Below are positions 47,878-60,950 of a stretch of DNA of 64,000 nt, in pieces (position 1 is the stretch's first letter; every line of letters begins with the position of its first letter). A program made the position numbers and the translations under genes. Source of the DNA: Neoechinorhynchus agilis (lineage: Eukaryota; Animalia; Acanthocephala); NCBI GenBank assembly GCA_051530055.1, contig CM121342.1, positions 6,926,864 to 6,990,863 of the forward strand, given 5' to 3'. The notes below the pieces were generated by a model. The model was not told the origin of the DNA, ran no database searches, and saw only the letters and a program-made list of their open reading frames with translations.

Positions 47878-48747
47878 ATGAGTACAGATACACGAAAACG
47901 TAAAGCTGAAAATGGCGACGACCAGCCACGAGACAAGATGTTTAAATCGATAACAAGAAATCCTAAATTTCACCCGGAACCGCAAGACCTATTTGAGGAC
48001 GAATGTGCTTTGAACAGCGAAGAAGATGCTCAGCGAGTGATCGAAGGTCTCGGAAGGAGTTTAAGGAAACACGACAAAGATGGAATCAATCGGTATCTTA
48101 ATGATTTCATGGCATCTACATTTATTCAAGTGCGAGCCATGGAAGCTTATCAATCTTCAATGAAGAATGAAAGGCTTCTACGGGGACGTTACAATAAACA
48201 ATTTGAAGAGCTGATCAACAAAAGATTTTATATGCGTTTGTCCTTAAAGCATTCAGCTGTAAAGGAAAGACCTCATCGAAATAATCCGAAGACTTCTAAG
48301 GAAAACAAAAGTGAGCGAACTAGAAATCCTAAATTTCACCCGGAACCGCAAGACCTATTTGAGGACGAATGTGCTTTGAACAGCGAAGAAGATGCTCAGC
48401 GAGTGATCGAAGGTCTCGGAAGGAGTTTAAGGAAACACGACAAAGATGGAATCAAACGGTATCTTAATGATTTCATGGCATCTACATTTATTCAAGTGCG
48501 AGCCATGGAAGCTTATCAATCTTCAATGAAGAATGAAAGGCGTCTACGGGGACGTTACAATAAACAATTTGAAGAGCTGAGCAACAAAAGATATTATATG
48601 CGTTTGTCCTTAAAGCATTCAGCTGTAAAGGAAAGACCTCATCGAAATAATCCGAAGACTTCTAAGGAAAACAAAAGCGAGCGCTACAAAACGTTCAAAA
48701 GTGAAAAGCTCAATGTCCTTAAAAGAACCGCCTCAAGTGAATTGTAG
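47878..48747 (+). CDS. Orphan 289-aa protein with an in-frame 366-bp (122-aa) internal tandem duplication
   Basis: agaaatcctaaatttcacccgg at 47956 and 48322; the basic N-terminus RKRK is NLS-like. Upstream exons are possible (acceptor-like ttttag at ~47822). Confidence 0.6.
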   Translation: MSTDTRKRKAENGDDQPRDKMFKSITRNPKFHPEPQDLFEDECALNSEEDAQRVIEGLGRSLRKHDKDGINRYLNDFMASTFIQVRAMEAYQSSMKNERLLRGRYNKQFEELINKRFYMRLSLKHSAVKERPHRNNPKTSKENKSERTRNPKFHPEPQDLFEDECALNSEEDAQRVIEGLGRSLRKHDKDGIKRYLNDFMASTFIQVRAMEAYQSSMKNERRLRGRYNKQFEELSNKRYYMRLSLKHSAVKERPHRNNPKTSKENKSERYKTFKSEKLNVLKRTASSEL

Positions 48748-49087
48748 AATAATGGGAACTATAAATTGTAGAATAAACTTAAAGAAAATAAAAGCTTGTC
48801 CATGAATTTGAGATAACTGAGACTTGAAATCAATATCAGCGAGGGAACCAAACCTTTTTAATGAAGAGTAAACGAGCGAGTTTAATCTCAAAAATATACG
48901 CAACTTTGAGGTCTTTAAGTAACACACAACCCCCAATTAAATTAAATTTTCCTACAATCACCACCGTCCGCAAAATTGGAGCTTCGCTCCTTCTTCGGCT
49001 GTCGCTATCACGCCAGCAGCATTGCCTCGTAAACTTGTTAGATCTCATTTTAAAAGCTGCCTTAAAACTACACGCCATTCAATGTTT

Positions 49088-49855
49088 AAAGATTTATTGT
49101 AACCTCAGGAAAGCAGAGTTCAAAGACAATAACGAGTAGAATTAAGAAAGGTGAAGAAAAGATCAAGTCAACAGTTATGCCGAAATTTATGAGTCGTGGA
49201 GTGAACCAACCGAATACGACTTTAATACCCGGCAAATTGACTTGAATGCAGTTTCATAAATAGATAATGCCGCGGATCAAAGTTGTGATCCTGATTGATT
49301 TGGGGATTTCTTGCATCCTGGCCGGTTAACACAACATGGAATTAACATTTAATTTGCTGCCTAGAAAGTCAAAGAGGAGTTGGGCATTAGTTTTGACTAG
49401 AATTATTAGTTGCTTCGAAACTGGTAAATAAAAGAACATAAAAAAAGCAGAAAAAAGGTTATTATATAATGATGATATGTCTTTCAAAATAGACTAATAA
49501 ATCAAAATGTCGATATTCGAGGAGGTACCTGGGTATATGATCAGAATTATTGTTTATGTCTTCATTCGGTAAAGTTTTTTCGATTAAAGACGAATTAAAC
49601 ATCGTCGGGTTCATCATCGGCTTGTTAGTTATTAAAAGACGTTTCGCATTCGCATAACAGAGCGTTAGAAGCTGAAATTTAAGAAGATTTATTGTAATTT
49701 CAGGAAAGCAGAGTTTAAAGACAATAACGAGTAGAATTAAGAAAGGTGAAGAAAAGATCAAGTCAACAGTTATGCCGAGATTTATGAGTGGTGGAGTGAA
49801 CCAACCGAATACGACTTTAATACCCGGCAAATTGACTTGAATGCAGTTTCATAAG
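49088..49855. repeat. Local direct duplications (~170 bp at 49088/49683; ~110 bp at 47528/49375)
   Basis: aagatttattgtaa...gcagtttcataa occurs twice; gggcattagttttgactagaattattag...gatgatatg occurs at ~47534 and ~49381. Confidence 0.85.
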
Positions 49856-51372
49856 GAGATAATGCCGCAGCTAAACCCCATTCTTTGCTTAGAGGGTGGA
49901 TTAACTCAGCTCCGGGACTTATACTAACCAAACACTGAGACCGTCTAACTCACATCGAATTATACTGCGAGTAAGCGGTCCAGCGGGATTCCCAGATCCT
50001 AGAACGAAGCGTACGGATCCACATTTTACAAACAAATTCGCTGTTCAGAGGATCGATCTAGCAGTAAATACGAGTTCGAACCCAGATGAAATGAGAACTT
50101 TCATGACCAAATACTTGAATAAGCTAAAGAACTTAAATCATTCGAAACTAATTAGCAATACCAATGCAAAGGACAGAGGAATTGAAATTTCAGTTCGCTT
50201 CATCATCATTTGATTTATTTTGCGATGATGGAATTACAAATCAGTTTCGATTGAATTAATCCAAAACGTAATAACACAAAAACGTGATAATTGGGAGACG
50301 AAGGGTAAAAGGCGAAGCACAAACGATTAATTGAATTATTTCAAGTCCTCTAAATACAAATTTTATTATTTTACATAGTGTAAGCGCTTAAATTCGCTCA
50401 AGTGGAGATGCAAAGGAACATAAAATACTCGTAGACGGGTACAAAACATACAAAAAAGGTGAGATGCAATAATGGATTTTATGGCTTCTAAGCGGAAAAG
50501 ATTTGTTTTGGAATACATTATGAACTTTGTTGAGGTTGTGGAGGCCATAGTAATCGATGACTATGTTGTCCTGCGAGAATCCATCCCGATTTTCGTCTAC
50601 AGGGAGCAATCTTTAGATTATGGAGACCAAGATAACAAAAGGGGCGATCATCACTTTTGTTTCTCCCTCTTATAAATATAAAAATTCTCATCTGAATATG
50701 AGAAGCACCGGATCCCTCGAGTTCTGAGTGAAACTTTGGAGGTTTTTCTGGCTTTCTGGAGGAGTATGCAATCCAATGTTGAATAAATTAGACGTCCTGT
50801 CACTTTGGTCGAAAAAGCTTGGATGTTAGATGCAGTTCACCTATCCTGGATCTCTCGTTCTGGCGTTGTTGCGGATATCTTTTGCGGACAGAACCGCCAA
50901 CGTTGTACTGAGAGATTTACAAAATGATATTCAAAGAATCATCGCAAAGATTAATGTCAACATTTTGCGATAGGAGTTTTCGGGACAAGAGACGTTTAGA
51001 ATTGTGTAAAATATCGATAAAAAGATCTTTTTATATACGAAAGGTGCCGTATAGACTGACCTCGAAGCGATGCGGTTATCACACACTACTTTTTGAAAGT
51101 TGAAGAACGATCCAGATTTGAGCGAAGGATAATAGAAAGCGCGAAGTTGAAGTTTCCACGCATAAAAACCTGCCTTTATCTGAGGACCGCTTCTTATATA
51201 AAAATCTAGCCATTCCGCATATAAACACGAGGAAGTACTGATAAAATTGATTGAGATTGGTATTCAAATGTCGTCAAATGTATTGTCTTAGTGGGCTGTT
51301 AAAAATAATGATCGATTTGTTGAAGCTGTGACCGTCTCCAGTAAACTCCTATGAAATTTGGTATGACTAATA

Positions 51373-52790
51373 TAATAATAACACGTTTTATTTGTTGATT
51401 CACAAAGAAGAGGAGCCAAGTCTCCCTTTTGGGTCCTCATGAACACTCGAATTAATCTTTCTATCGATTTTGGACTGGATTACGAGTCCGTCCGGGTGAG
51501 AAATGGTGGTTATTGTTTTTTCAGGAGCGCTTGGAAGATTGGTCTTTCCTCAGGTTCATTTCAAGTTCGGATATCCGAAATCGACAACATTTTCGTATTC
51601 TATAAAAGGTGCTTCCACGCGATTATTAACCGTGGCACTGTAATAATAACACGTTTTATTTGTTGATTCACAAAGCGGAAGAGGATCCAAATCTCCCTTT
51701 TGGGTCCTCATGAACACTCGAATTAATCTTGCTATCGATTTTGGACTGGATTACGAATCCGTTCGGGTGGGAAATGGTGGTTATTGTTTTCAGGAGCGCT
51801 TGGAAGATTGGTCTTTCCTCAGGTTCATTTCAAGTTCGGATATCCGAAATCGACAACATTTTTGTATTCTATAAAAGGTGCTTCCACGCGATTATTAACC
51901 GTGGCACTGTAATAATAACACGTTTTATTTGTTGATTCACAAAGGAAGAGGAGCCAAGTCTCCCTTTTGGGTCCTCATGAACACTCGAATTAATCTTGCT
52001 ATCGATTTTGGACTGGATTACGAATCCGTTCGGGTGGGAAATGGTGGTTATTGTTTTTGTAGGAGCGCTTGGAAGGTTGGTCTTTCCTCAGGTTCATTTC
52101 AAGTTCGGATATCCGAAATCGACAACATTTTTGTATTCTATAAAAGGTGCTTCCACGCGATTATTGACCGTGGCACTGTAATAATAACACGTTTTATTTG
52201 TTGATTCACAAAGAAGAGGAGCCAAGTCTCCCTTTTGGGTCCTCATGAACACTCGAATTAATCTTGCTATCGATTTTGGACTGGATTACGAATCCGTTCG
52301 GGTGGGAAATGGTGGTTATTGTTTGTAGGAGCGCTTGGAAGGTTGGTCTTTCCTCAGGTTCATTTCAAGTTCGGATATCTGAAATCGACAACATTTTTGT
52401 ATTCTATAAAAGGTGCTTCCACGCGATTATTGACCGTGGCACTGTAATAATAACACGTTTTATTTGTTGATTCACAAAGAAGAGGAGCCAAGTCTCCCTT
52501 TTGGGTCCTCATGAACACTCGAATTAATCTTGCTATCGATTTTGGACTGGATTACGAATCCGTTCGGGTGGGAAATGGTGGTTATTGTTTGTAGGAGCGC
52601 TTGGAAGGTTGGTCTTTCCTCAGGTTAATTTCAGGTTCTGATATCCGAAATCGACAACATTTTTGTATTCTATAAAAGGTGCTTCCACGCGATTATTGAC
52701 CGTGGCACTGTAATAATAACACGTTTTATTTGTTGATTCACAAAGAAGAGGAGCCAAGTCTCCCTTTTGGGTCCTCATGAACACTCGAGT
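51373..52790. repeat. Tandem array, ~268-bp monomer, ~5.3 copies
   Basis: taataataacacgtttt at 51373, 51641, 51910, 52179, 52445 and 52711. Confidence 0.97.
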
Positions 52791-53197
52791 TCTGATTTGC
52801 TAAATGAGATTGGCCATTGATTTTGAAGTGGATTACGAGTCCGTTCGATTGAGAATATCCGGGCGGGTTGGAAGGTCCCTTCTAATGGTAATTAATAGTT
52901 ATTGCTTGCAGGAGCGCTTTAACAGGTCATAACTAAATGAGATCATAATCGAGGGCATTTTAGAAAACGAAATGAACGAACTTGGGCACATTGGTCGAGA
53001 TATGGTCCTTGGTGAGGTCCCCGATCCCTTTTTGGCCAACAATATTTTTTGAAGCATCAAAACATCGCATTCGTAACAACAATTAACAGAAAATTAAATT
53101 GGTTTTTTATTTGAGTGCTGCTTTCAAAAGAAAAACATGTTATTAGGAGTACAAATTCATCACTAGTAAACACAATCAGATATTATTTGCCGTTCAA

Positions 53198-56100
53198 TTA
53201 CACTTCATAGATCTCAGCCACCAGAAAACTGTTATCGTGGTCGATCACATCACACAGAATGTCTTGATCACATAAACCAAAATCATCCTTTGTACGAATT
53301 ACGACTCTTGCTGTTGTTATTGACAAATTGCCACTATAAGACAATCTTCGTAAAGCTTCTTTCCCCAACTCAGCAACGGTCCTTGAAGCGTCAAAAGGGA
53401 CTATGATTTTTTCAATTACTTCTTTTGAACCTCGACTAACCGCCTCAATACAAAGTCTACGAAGATCCCGCGGTCGCGAAACGTTTGCTTCAACATCTTT
53501 AAGGTTTACACTTCTAAATACAGAAGTTTTTTCTGTTGATTGCTCGTCGCTTTCTTGCTTTTTCGTTTTTGCGAACGGCGGACGAGGGTCACAGCGAACT
53601 CTATCGCTAGACTTTCTCTTCAATGGTCGATCACTTTTTGGCGAAGAATCCTGTGAGCAATCGTTATCATCAGTCACAAACGGACTATTGTAAGCCAATT
53701 CACTTACAAATGCACCCCTTTTGTTAGCTCTTTGTGAGGGTAGTAAAGATTTTTGAAGATCGTTCCATGGAAGGATTTTACGCCGGACACCTTCAATCGC
53801 ACTTCGATATATTTGCGTTGCACTTGTTTGTTGACTAATTATAGGCATCGGATCATCCAATGGAGCGCTGCATTGACTGTTTCCGTTCGATTGTTTTCCT
53901 CCGACGTCCGCTTCAATTTCTACATCCGATGGCTTATAGTCGGGAAATACCGACAGAATATGAGCTAACATTCTTGATTCCAATTTGAAACATTTGTCCA
54001 ATTCATCTTCGGTCGGACGGGATTTTATATCGGGATTGGATTCTCGTTGCGCTCTACATACCCTTAGATCTTATGTTGACATTTTTAAATACAAAAAAAT
54101 CAAGGCAAGAGACATAAAAGCAGAAACTATATTTAAAGTTTTGAACAACGATTAGTCGATTTTTCTGATTGCTTAGTTTCATTAAATGTTTAGAATTGGC
54201 ATCTTTTTTGAAAAAAAGAAGAAATGAAAACGATCCTGACACACTTTGTTTTTTTCTTAAAGAGATTTCCGATTCATTACAATGGCTCATATAAACTCAA
54301 TTACAAAGAATAATTTTCTCTCGGTTTCAAAAAACCCCAAGAAGAATAGATTGCGTTAAACTGGATAGAATTTGGCGATTGCATACTTAGTCTACTAATG
54401 AATTGTGGACCCGAGAAAGCGAAATTCGAACCTAAAAAGAAGGCAAAGGTTTGTCGACACAAGTTTTAGATCATCAAGAGGAGTTTTTCCTTCCATACTC
54501 CGAATGGCTGGATTAGCGCCATGATCCAAAAGGAGTTCAATCATTGCAAGAAGACCATTTTGGCAGGCATCGTGAAGTGGCGTTATTCCCTCAGCGGCTC
54601 CTCTATCGTTTATCGCACCTCCATGTTCTAATAAATATCTAGCCACTTCCAAATGGTTATGATTGATAGCTTCATGGAGTGGGAGCCATCCATTATTATC
54701 TCTTACATTTATCGGATGTCTACTTGCTTCAATGAGTTTCTTAACGTTTTTCAGTTGACCGCGAATGCATGCCAAATGAAGGGGCGTCTCTCCTTTCGCG
54801 TTCCGGGTAACATTTACTTGTCCATTAGGAGCCGAAGTGATTGATGCTTGCAGAGTAGACCGTTCTTCTAATAATTCTGACACAGCAGAAGATGAATCAA
54901 CACTGGACTCGGTGGATTCATCAGTTGATCCTAGTTTCTCAACGTCACCTAATCGATCTCCGGACTCAGATATAGTACGTTCAACATCACTGGTGTCATC
55001 ATCAAATGATTTCTTTGCATATAAAAACTGTTCAAGTGCACTTCTATAACCAATACGGTTTCGCTGTTCAATCGCTTTGATTGCTTCCTCGATAAGTGCA
55101 TAGATGTCCCTTTTTCCACCATTGCTATTGAGCTTACAAACGGCGAGATCAAGTAAGATACGAGGTGATCGTTTAAGTGCGATACTTTTTTCATAAAACT
55201 CACAAGCGTTTGCGAATTTACGTTCAGCCTTACAAACATGGCCACTGAGCACGTAAAAACGTTGTGCAATCATCGATTCATCAGTTCCATTGTTTAAAGC
55301 GGACGGTGGCATCTTTTCAAGAACTTGCCTAGCTTTATCTGGCATTTCTAATTTTAAATAAATATCCGATAGTTTCAAAATTGAACGATGGAACTCATCA
55401 CTGGAACCACGGATAATGTCGCGATGTCTTAATAGTCTCTTCAAATTCCGGGATTTCATTTTGAGTTCCTCATTCACACCTGAAGGCTTTAAATATACAG
55501 CAGCTGATTCAAGCGTCCGTTTGGCACCATCCAAATTATCGAGATAAATCTGGGTTTCAGAATAATCACAAGCCCATAGCACGTAGATATCCTTTCCCGC
55601 TCTTTTAGCACATTTGTGAGCGGTCGTGGAGAGAATATGAATTGCTCGATCAGCCCCATTGCTCCTTCTCAATATAGAACATATCGCGGAAAGGCATCGA
55701 AACAATTCTTCAGAATGATTGTTCTCTTCTGCGATCTCTTTTGATTTCTGTAAATGAGCCACAGTCTCTCGGGGACGATTTAGTTCGTCTACAATCAATG
55801 CCAAATTCAAGTAAAGTCGAGATTCCATTGCTGTACCACCTTCTTTGAACTTTAGTGAACGTAAGGTTAAAGTTTCGGCTTCATCAAGCATTTTCCGACT
55901 ACCCTCTTTCCACATCATCTTAAGATCGCATCCACGGATATAGAGAAATCGCCCTAATGTCAGATATGCACGTTGTAGTTCAGCGTTGTTGCCGGTGGCA
56001 TTTTCAACGTATTCACGAAAAAACGGCTCAGCTTCTAGCATCCATCCGTTGTCCATATAGACTTCACCGATCATGCGCTGAATACGAGCTCGGTCAATCT

Positions 56101-56269
56101 TACGTTCAGTCAACTCGAGAGCTTCTTTTAAGTGGAAAATAGCATCCGAGCTCCGGCCTAATTCAATCAGTGTATCAGCGATCTCGTTATGCTTTTCTAA
56201 CAACTGAGATTTACGAAGTGAACCGGTTGTTAGTTTTCGTTGCAATGCTAACAGCTTCTTTTCTGACAT
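53198..56269 (-). CDS. TONSL: Tonsoku-like protein (TPR-like helical N-terminus, 3 ankyrin repeats, UBL-like domain); C-terminal LRR domain not found
   Basis: ANK region RNAKGETPLHLACIRGQL...GWLPLHEAINHNHLEVARYLLEHG...EGITPLHDACQNG matches TONSL. The second exon (~54065-53198) ends in IVPFDASRTVAELGKEALRR...LCDQDILCDVI...LVAEI, the TONSL UBL pattern. Exact intron junctions are unresolved. Confidence 0.88.
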
Positions 56270-56659
56270 TGAATCTGAAGTAACGGAATTGAGGAGAGAT
56301 AATAATAAACAACAAAAAAGGGACTTAAAAAAGAAACATTAAAGGTTTTAACAGATTCAATGCTTGTTACGAGACTCTAATTAAAAACAAAGTCATACGT
56401 CGCTTAGTTATCGAGCAATGATTCAAAGAAAATGACCCATATGAATTTATTTTTTCATTCCAGTGGACATTGTAATGGCCATATTTATTTGTTATGGAAA
56501 ACCAATTACGAATCTATTCCAAAAATTCGAAACGATTTATAAGAAGTGTAAGAGATATTAAAGAGGCAAATCGAAGGCAATTTTATGGTCAGAAAAATTA
56601 TTCTATTGAAATTCCAGTATCGAATTAACTCCAATTCACAATGGTTTTACTATAGAAAA

Positions 56660-58460
56660 ATAAAAATTATTCAAAAAATGCTTCACAAAAACCAATGAAA
56701 TTCCTAAAAGAAAGCTTTCCATCTTTTGCTCTTGATCCAAAGAAATTCGAATATAAAAAAGCGGATAATTGTAAAGCACAAAAAAAGTTTTACAACAAAA
56801 ATTATTTAAAAAAAGCTTCACTAAAAGGAAGGAAATTACTAAAAGAAATAAATTTCCCATATTTTGCACTTGATCATAAAAAAATCGAATATAAAAAAGT
56901 AGATAGTTGTAAAGCATAAAAAGTTTTGCTACAAAAATAAAAATCATATATAAAAATGCTTTAGTATAAAGAAGGAAATTCCTAAAAGAAATAAATTTTC
57001 AATGTTTTGCACTTGATAAAAAAATAGTCGAACAAAAAAGTAGATAGTTGTAAAGCATAAAAAGTTTTGCTACAAAAATAAAAATTATATATAAAAATGC
57101 TTTAGTATAAAGAAGGAAATTCCTAAAAGAAATAAATTTTCAATGTTTTGCACTTGATAAAAAAATAGTCGAACAAAAAAGTAGATAGTTGTAAAGCATA
57201 AAAAGTTTTGCTACAAAAATAAAAATTATATATAAAAATGCTTTAGTATAAAGAAGGAAATTCCTAAAAGAAATAAATTTTCAATGTTTTGCACTTGATA
57301 AAAAAAATCGAACAAAAAAGTAGATAGTTGTAAAGCATAAAAAGTTTTGCTACAAAAATAAAAATTATATATAAAAATGCTTTAGTATAAAGAAGGAAAT
57401 TCCTAAAAGAAATAAATTTTCAATGTTTTGCACTTGATAAAAAAATAGTCGAACAAAAAAGTAGATAGTTGTAAAGCATAAAAAGTTTTGCTACAAAAAT
57501 AAAAATTATATATAAAAATGCTTTAGTATAAAGAAGGAAATTCCTAAAAGAAATAAATTTTCAATGTTTTGCACTTGATAAAAAAATAGTCGAACAAAAA
57601 AGTAGATAGTTGTAAAGCATAAAAAGTTTTGCTACAAAAATAAAAATTATATATAAAAATGCTTTAGTATAAAGAAGGAAATTCCTAAAAGAAATAAATT
57701 TTCAATGTTTTGCACTTGATAAAAAATAGTCGAACAAAAAAGTAGATAGTTGTAAAGCATAAAAAGTTTTGCTACAAAAATAAAAATTATATATAAAAAT
57801 GCTTTAGTATAAAGAAGGAAATTCCTAAAAGAAATAAATTTTCAATGTTTTGCACTTGATAAAAAAATAGTCGAACAAAAGTAGATAGTTGTAAAGCATA
57901 AAAAGTTTTGCTACAAAAATAAAAATTATATATAAAAATGCTTTAGTAGAAAGAAGGAAATTACTAAAAGAAATAAATTTTCAATGTTTTGAACTTGATC
58001 CAAAAAATCGAATAAAAAAGGCGATAATCGTAAAGCATAAAAAGTTTTGCTACAAAAATAAAAATATATATAAAAATGCTTTAGTATAAAGAAGGAAATT
58101 ACTAAAAGAAATAAATTTTCAATGTTTTGCACTTGATAAAAAAAAGTCGAACAAAAAAGTAGATAGTTGTAAAGCATAAAAAGTTTTGCTACAAAAATAA
58201 AAATTATATATAAAAATGCTTTAGTAGAAAGAAGGAAATTACTAAAAGAAATAAATTTTCAATGTTTTGAACTTGATCCTAAAAAATCGAATAGAAAAAG
58301 GCGGATAATCGTAAAGCATAAAAAGTTTTACTATAAAAAGAAAACATATAAAAAATTTCAGTAGAAAGAAGGAAATTCCTAAAAGAAGTAAATTTCCATC
58401 TTTTGAACTTGATCCTAAAAAATTCGAATATAAAAAGGCGGATAATTGTAAAGCATAAAA
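56660..58460. repeat. Very AT-rich tandem array, ~140-bp monomer, ~13 copies
   Basis: gtagatagttgtaaagc at 57040, 57181, 57320, 57461, 57602, 57742 and 57881; edge units are diverged. Confidence 0.96.
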
Positions 58461-59104
58461 GAAAGGTAAAAAGAAGGAAACAAAAACGAGAGGAGGAAAG
58501 ATGCTCCTACGAAACTTTTTCAATGGAATGAAAAGGTTCTCTTTGTTTCAAAACATTCTGAATCTATGAAGAGGAAAATGGAAACGTTAATGAATCGGGA
58601 AGACTGTTTTATCTTAAAGCGTTTATTGGAAATCAATAAATTAATGCGGAATGATCGATTCTTCTTCTTATATTAAAAAAGAGGTAATTCGATGTGTTCG
58701 TTTCTCCTCTTTACCGAATTCCCCACTGCTTCAATGGTAAAAGGACTACCAAGACCGTTAAATTTGCGATTTAACTTTCATTTGGTTCCGGGTATGATGA
58801 TGATTTCGATACAATGGCCCTCTCCTGGACGACTTCGATGATAAAGACGGTTTCGCCGATGAAGATAAGTTAGACGGCGAGGCCGTCTCAGATTGGTAAA
58901 GTGAAGAAAAGAACAAGAGTTTTGTCATACAGACGAATTTAATGACCCTACCCATCTTTTTGACGGAACCGTGACAGCTCAAGATAAAAAGGGTTAGAGT
59001 CGACCGGGGAATTAAGTTTTTTTTGGCAAGTGACTTGGTCATCAAACTTTTGAATTTTTTTGTGGGTCTCTTTAAAAATGCTTAAAACGCTCAAAGTTTG
59101 ATTT

Positions 59105-59985
59105 CTATGAGATCACAATCTAAGAATTTTTAAATTTGGCGAATTAAAACTGCGTTCCGAATCTCTTTTTCGATTATTACGGCATTTACGACTTTTCAGT
59201 GTCCACAAATGCGCTTTTCCGATTATTTGGGCTATCGAAACTTAATTTAACTTTAGAAAAATCTCTATTTCATATGGAATTTTATGGCGAATGTTTATTT
59301 TAGATTTCTATTTGAGCTCGTACTTTTGTACATAGCGATTTTTGGAGAATTTGCAATGTTTTCGGTACGCAAATTGCTTATTTAAAGTTTTAATTTTATT
59401 TCTTTGATCACAATCTAAGAATTTTTAAATTTGGCGAATTAAAACTGCGTTCCGAATCTCTTTTTCGATTATTACGGCATTTACGACTTTTCACAGTGTC
59501 CACAAATGCGCTTTTCCGATTATTTGGGCTATCGAAACTTAATTAAACTTTAGAAAAATCTGTATTTCATATGGAATTTTATGGCGAATGTTTATTTTAG
59601 ATTTTTATTTGAGCTCGTACTTTTGTACATAGCGATTTTTGGAGAATTTGCAATGTTTTCGGTACGCAAATTGCTTATTTAAAGCTTTAATTTTATTTCT
59701 TTGATCGCAATCTAAGAATTTTTAAATTTGGCGAATTAAAACTGCGTTCCGAATCTCTTTTTCGATTATTACGGCATTTACGACTTTTCACAGTGTCCAC
59801 AAATGCGCTTTTCCGATTATTTGGGCTATCGAAACTTAATTTAACTTTAGAAAAATCTCTATTTCATATGGAATTTTATGGCGAATGTTTATTTTAGATT
59901 ATTATTTCAGCTCGTACTTTTGTACATAGCGATTTTTGGAGAATTTGCAATGTTTTCGGTACGCAAATTGCTTATTTAAAGTTTT
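59105..59985. repeat. Tandem array, ~296-bp monomer, 3 copies
   Basis: gatc(a/g)caatctaagaatttttaaatttggcg at 59111, 59406 and 59703. Confidence 0.96.
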
Positions 59986-60789
59986 GCTGTTGTCGGAATT
60001 TTTAATAAAAAGTAATAATGATGATTTGAGCCTTGATCAAGATAAAACATAGAGATAAAATAATCAATTGATCAACCTTTATGCGTGGTTCGTTTTGTGC
60101 TTACACCTTTGGTCCAAAAATACTTTTTAGATTGTTTTTTATTAATAAAAAATTTTGGTTCAGTATGAAAATAGCGATATTGATTGGGAGTAGACAAAAA
60201 TCGATTACAAATATTAGTTTCGATTTTAATGTAACATATGTTTCCTTATCTTTTGATTTCTCAAGCGTTTAATGGCTTTAACCCGCAAACAATGTAAAAG
60301 CGCTTTCTGGCTTTCATCTCAATTGCTACTTGTCAATCTCAAGTACTTTTATCCGAATTACCTGCTCAACGTATTTTACCAATCATCTTGTCAATCAATG
60401 AATACCTGAAGCCACGCCTACCAACAAATCGGGCAAAACATTTTGTCTAATTGCAATTTTCACTCTCATTCTCTTACACACAAAAATGAGCTTACCTTTC
60501 GCTCAGGGCGTTCAATTTACACTGAGAGCAATTCACAATTTTGCGGTTGATTTATCCTCGAGCAAAATCACAATTGATTCGTCTCTATGATAGGGAAGGC
60601 GTGGTTTTTATCATGATTAAAACAAAACGATAAAAGATGGAATCATTGTTTATTGATTTTTATCGGGAAATTTCCAAGGGCAAACTAGAAATGAGGTTAA
60701 TTTAACCATTTATTTTTTTGATAATTTTTTTCCGACTAATTGAACGGCAAATTTTTTGCGGTCTTTTATTTATGTTAAATCGCATACAC

Positions 60790-60950
60790 TCATGGCCTTC
60801 CCACAGTTCGGAGGTGCTCAGCTGCACACTAAGGGCCGGGGCCTATGGGCGATCTCAAACCTGATCCCTGCCCTTCCAGCAGCCTAGCGACCGGTAGATT
60901 TGAACCATCGACATATTGAACGCGCTCACACCACTCGTCCACTGGGTTAC
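60790..60950 (-). mobile_element. Second tRNA-derived SINE family (degenerate)
   Basis: GC-rich island. The minus strand has an A-box-like TGGACGAGTGG and a B-box-like GGTTCAAATCT, followed by a non-tRNA body. Confidence 0.5.

Noticed and set aside
50690-51000. Possible gypsy RNase H remnant (minus: WIAYSSRK...FHSELE)
   Set aside because: A single short motif with stops nearby; insufficient support.
51439-52470. ORFs of 61-91 aa
   Set aside because: Translations of the 268-bp satellite.
58780-59040. Possible integrase remnant (QLKIKRVRVDRG)
   Set aside because: Only one weak motif, interrupted by stops.
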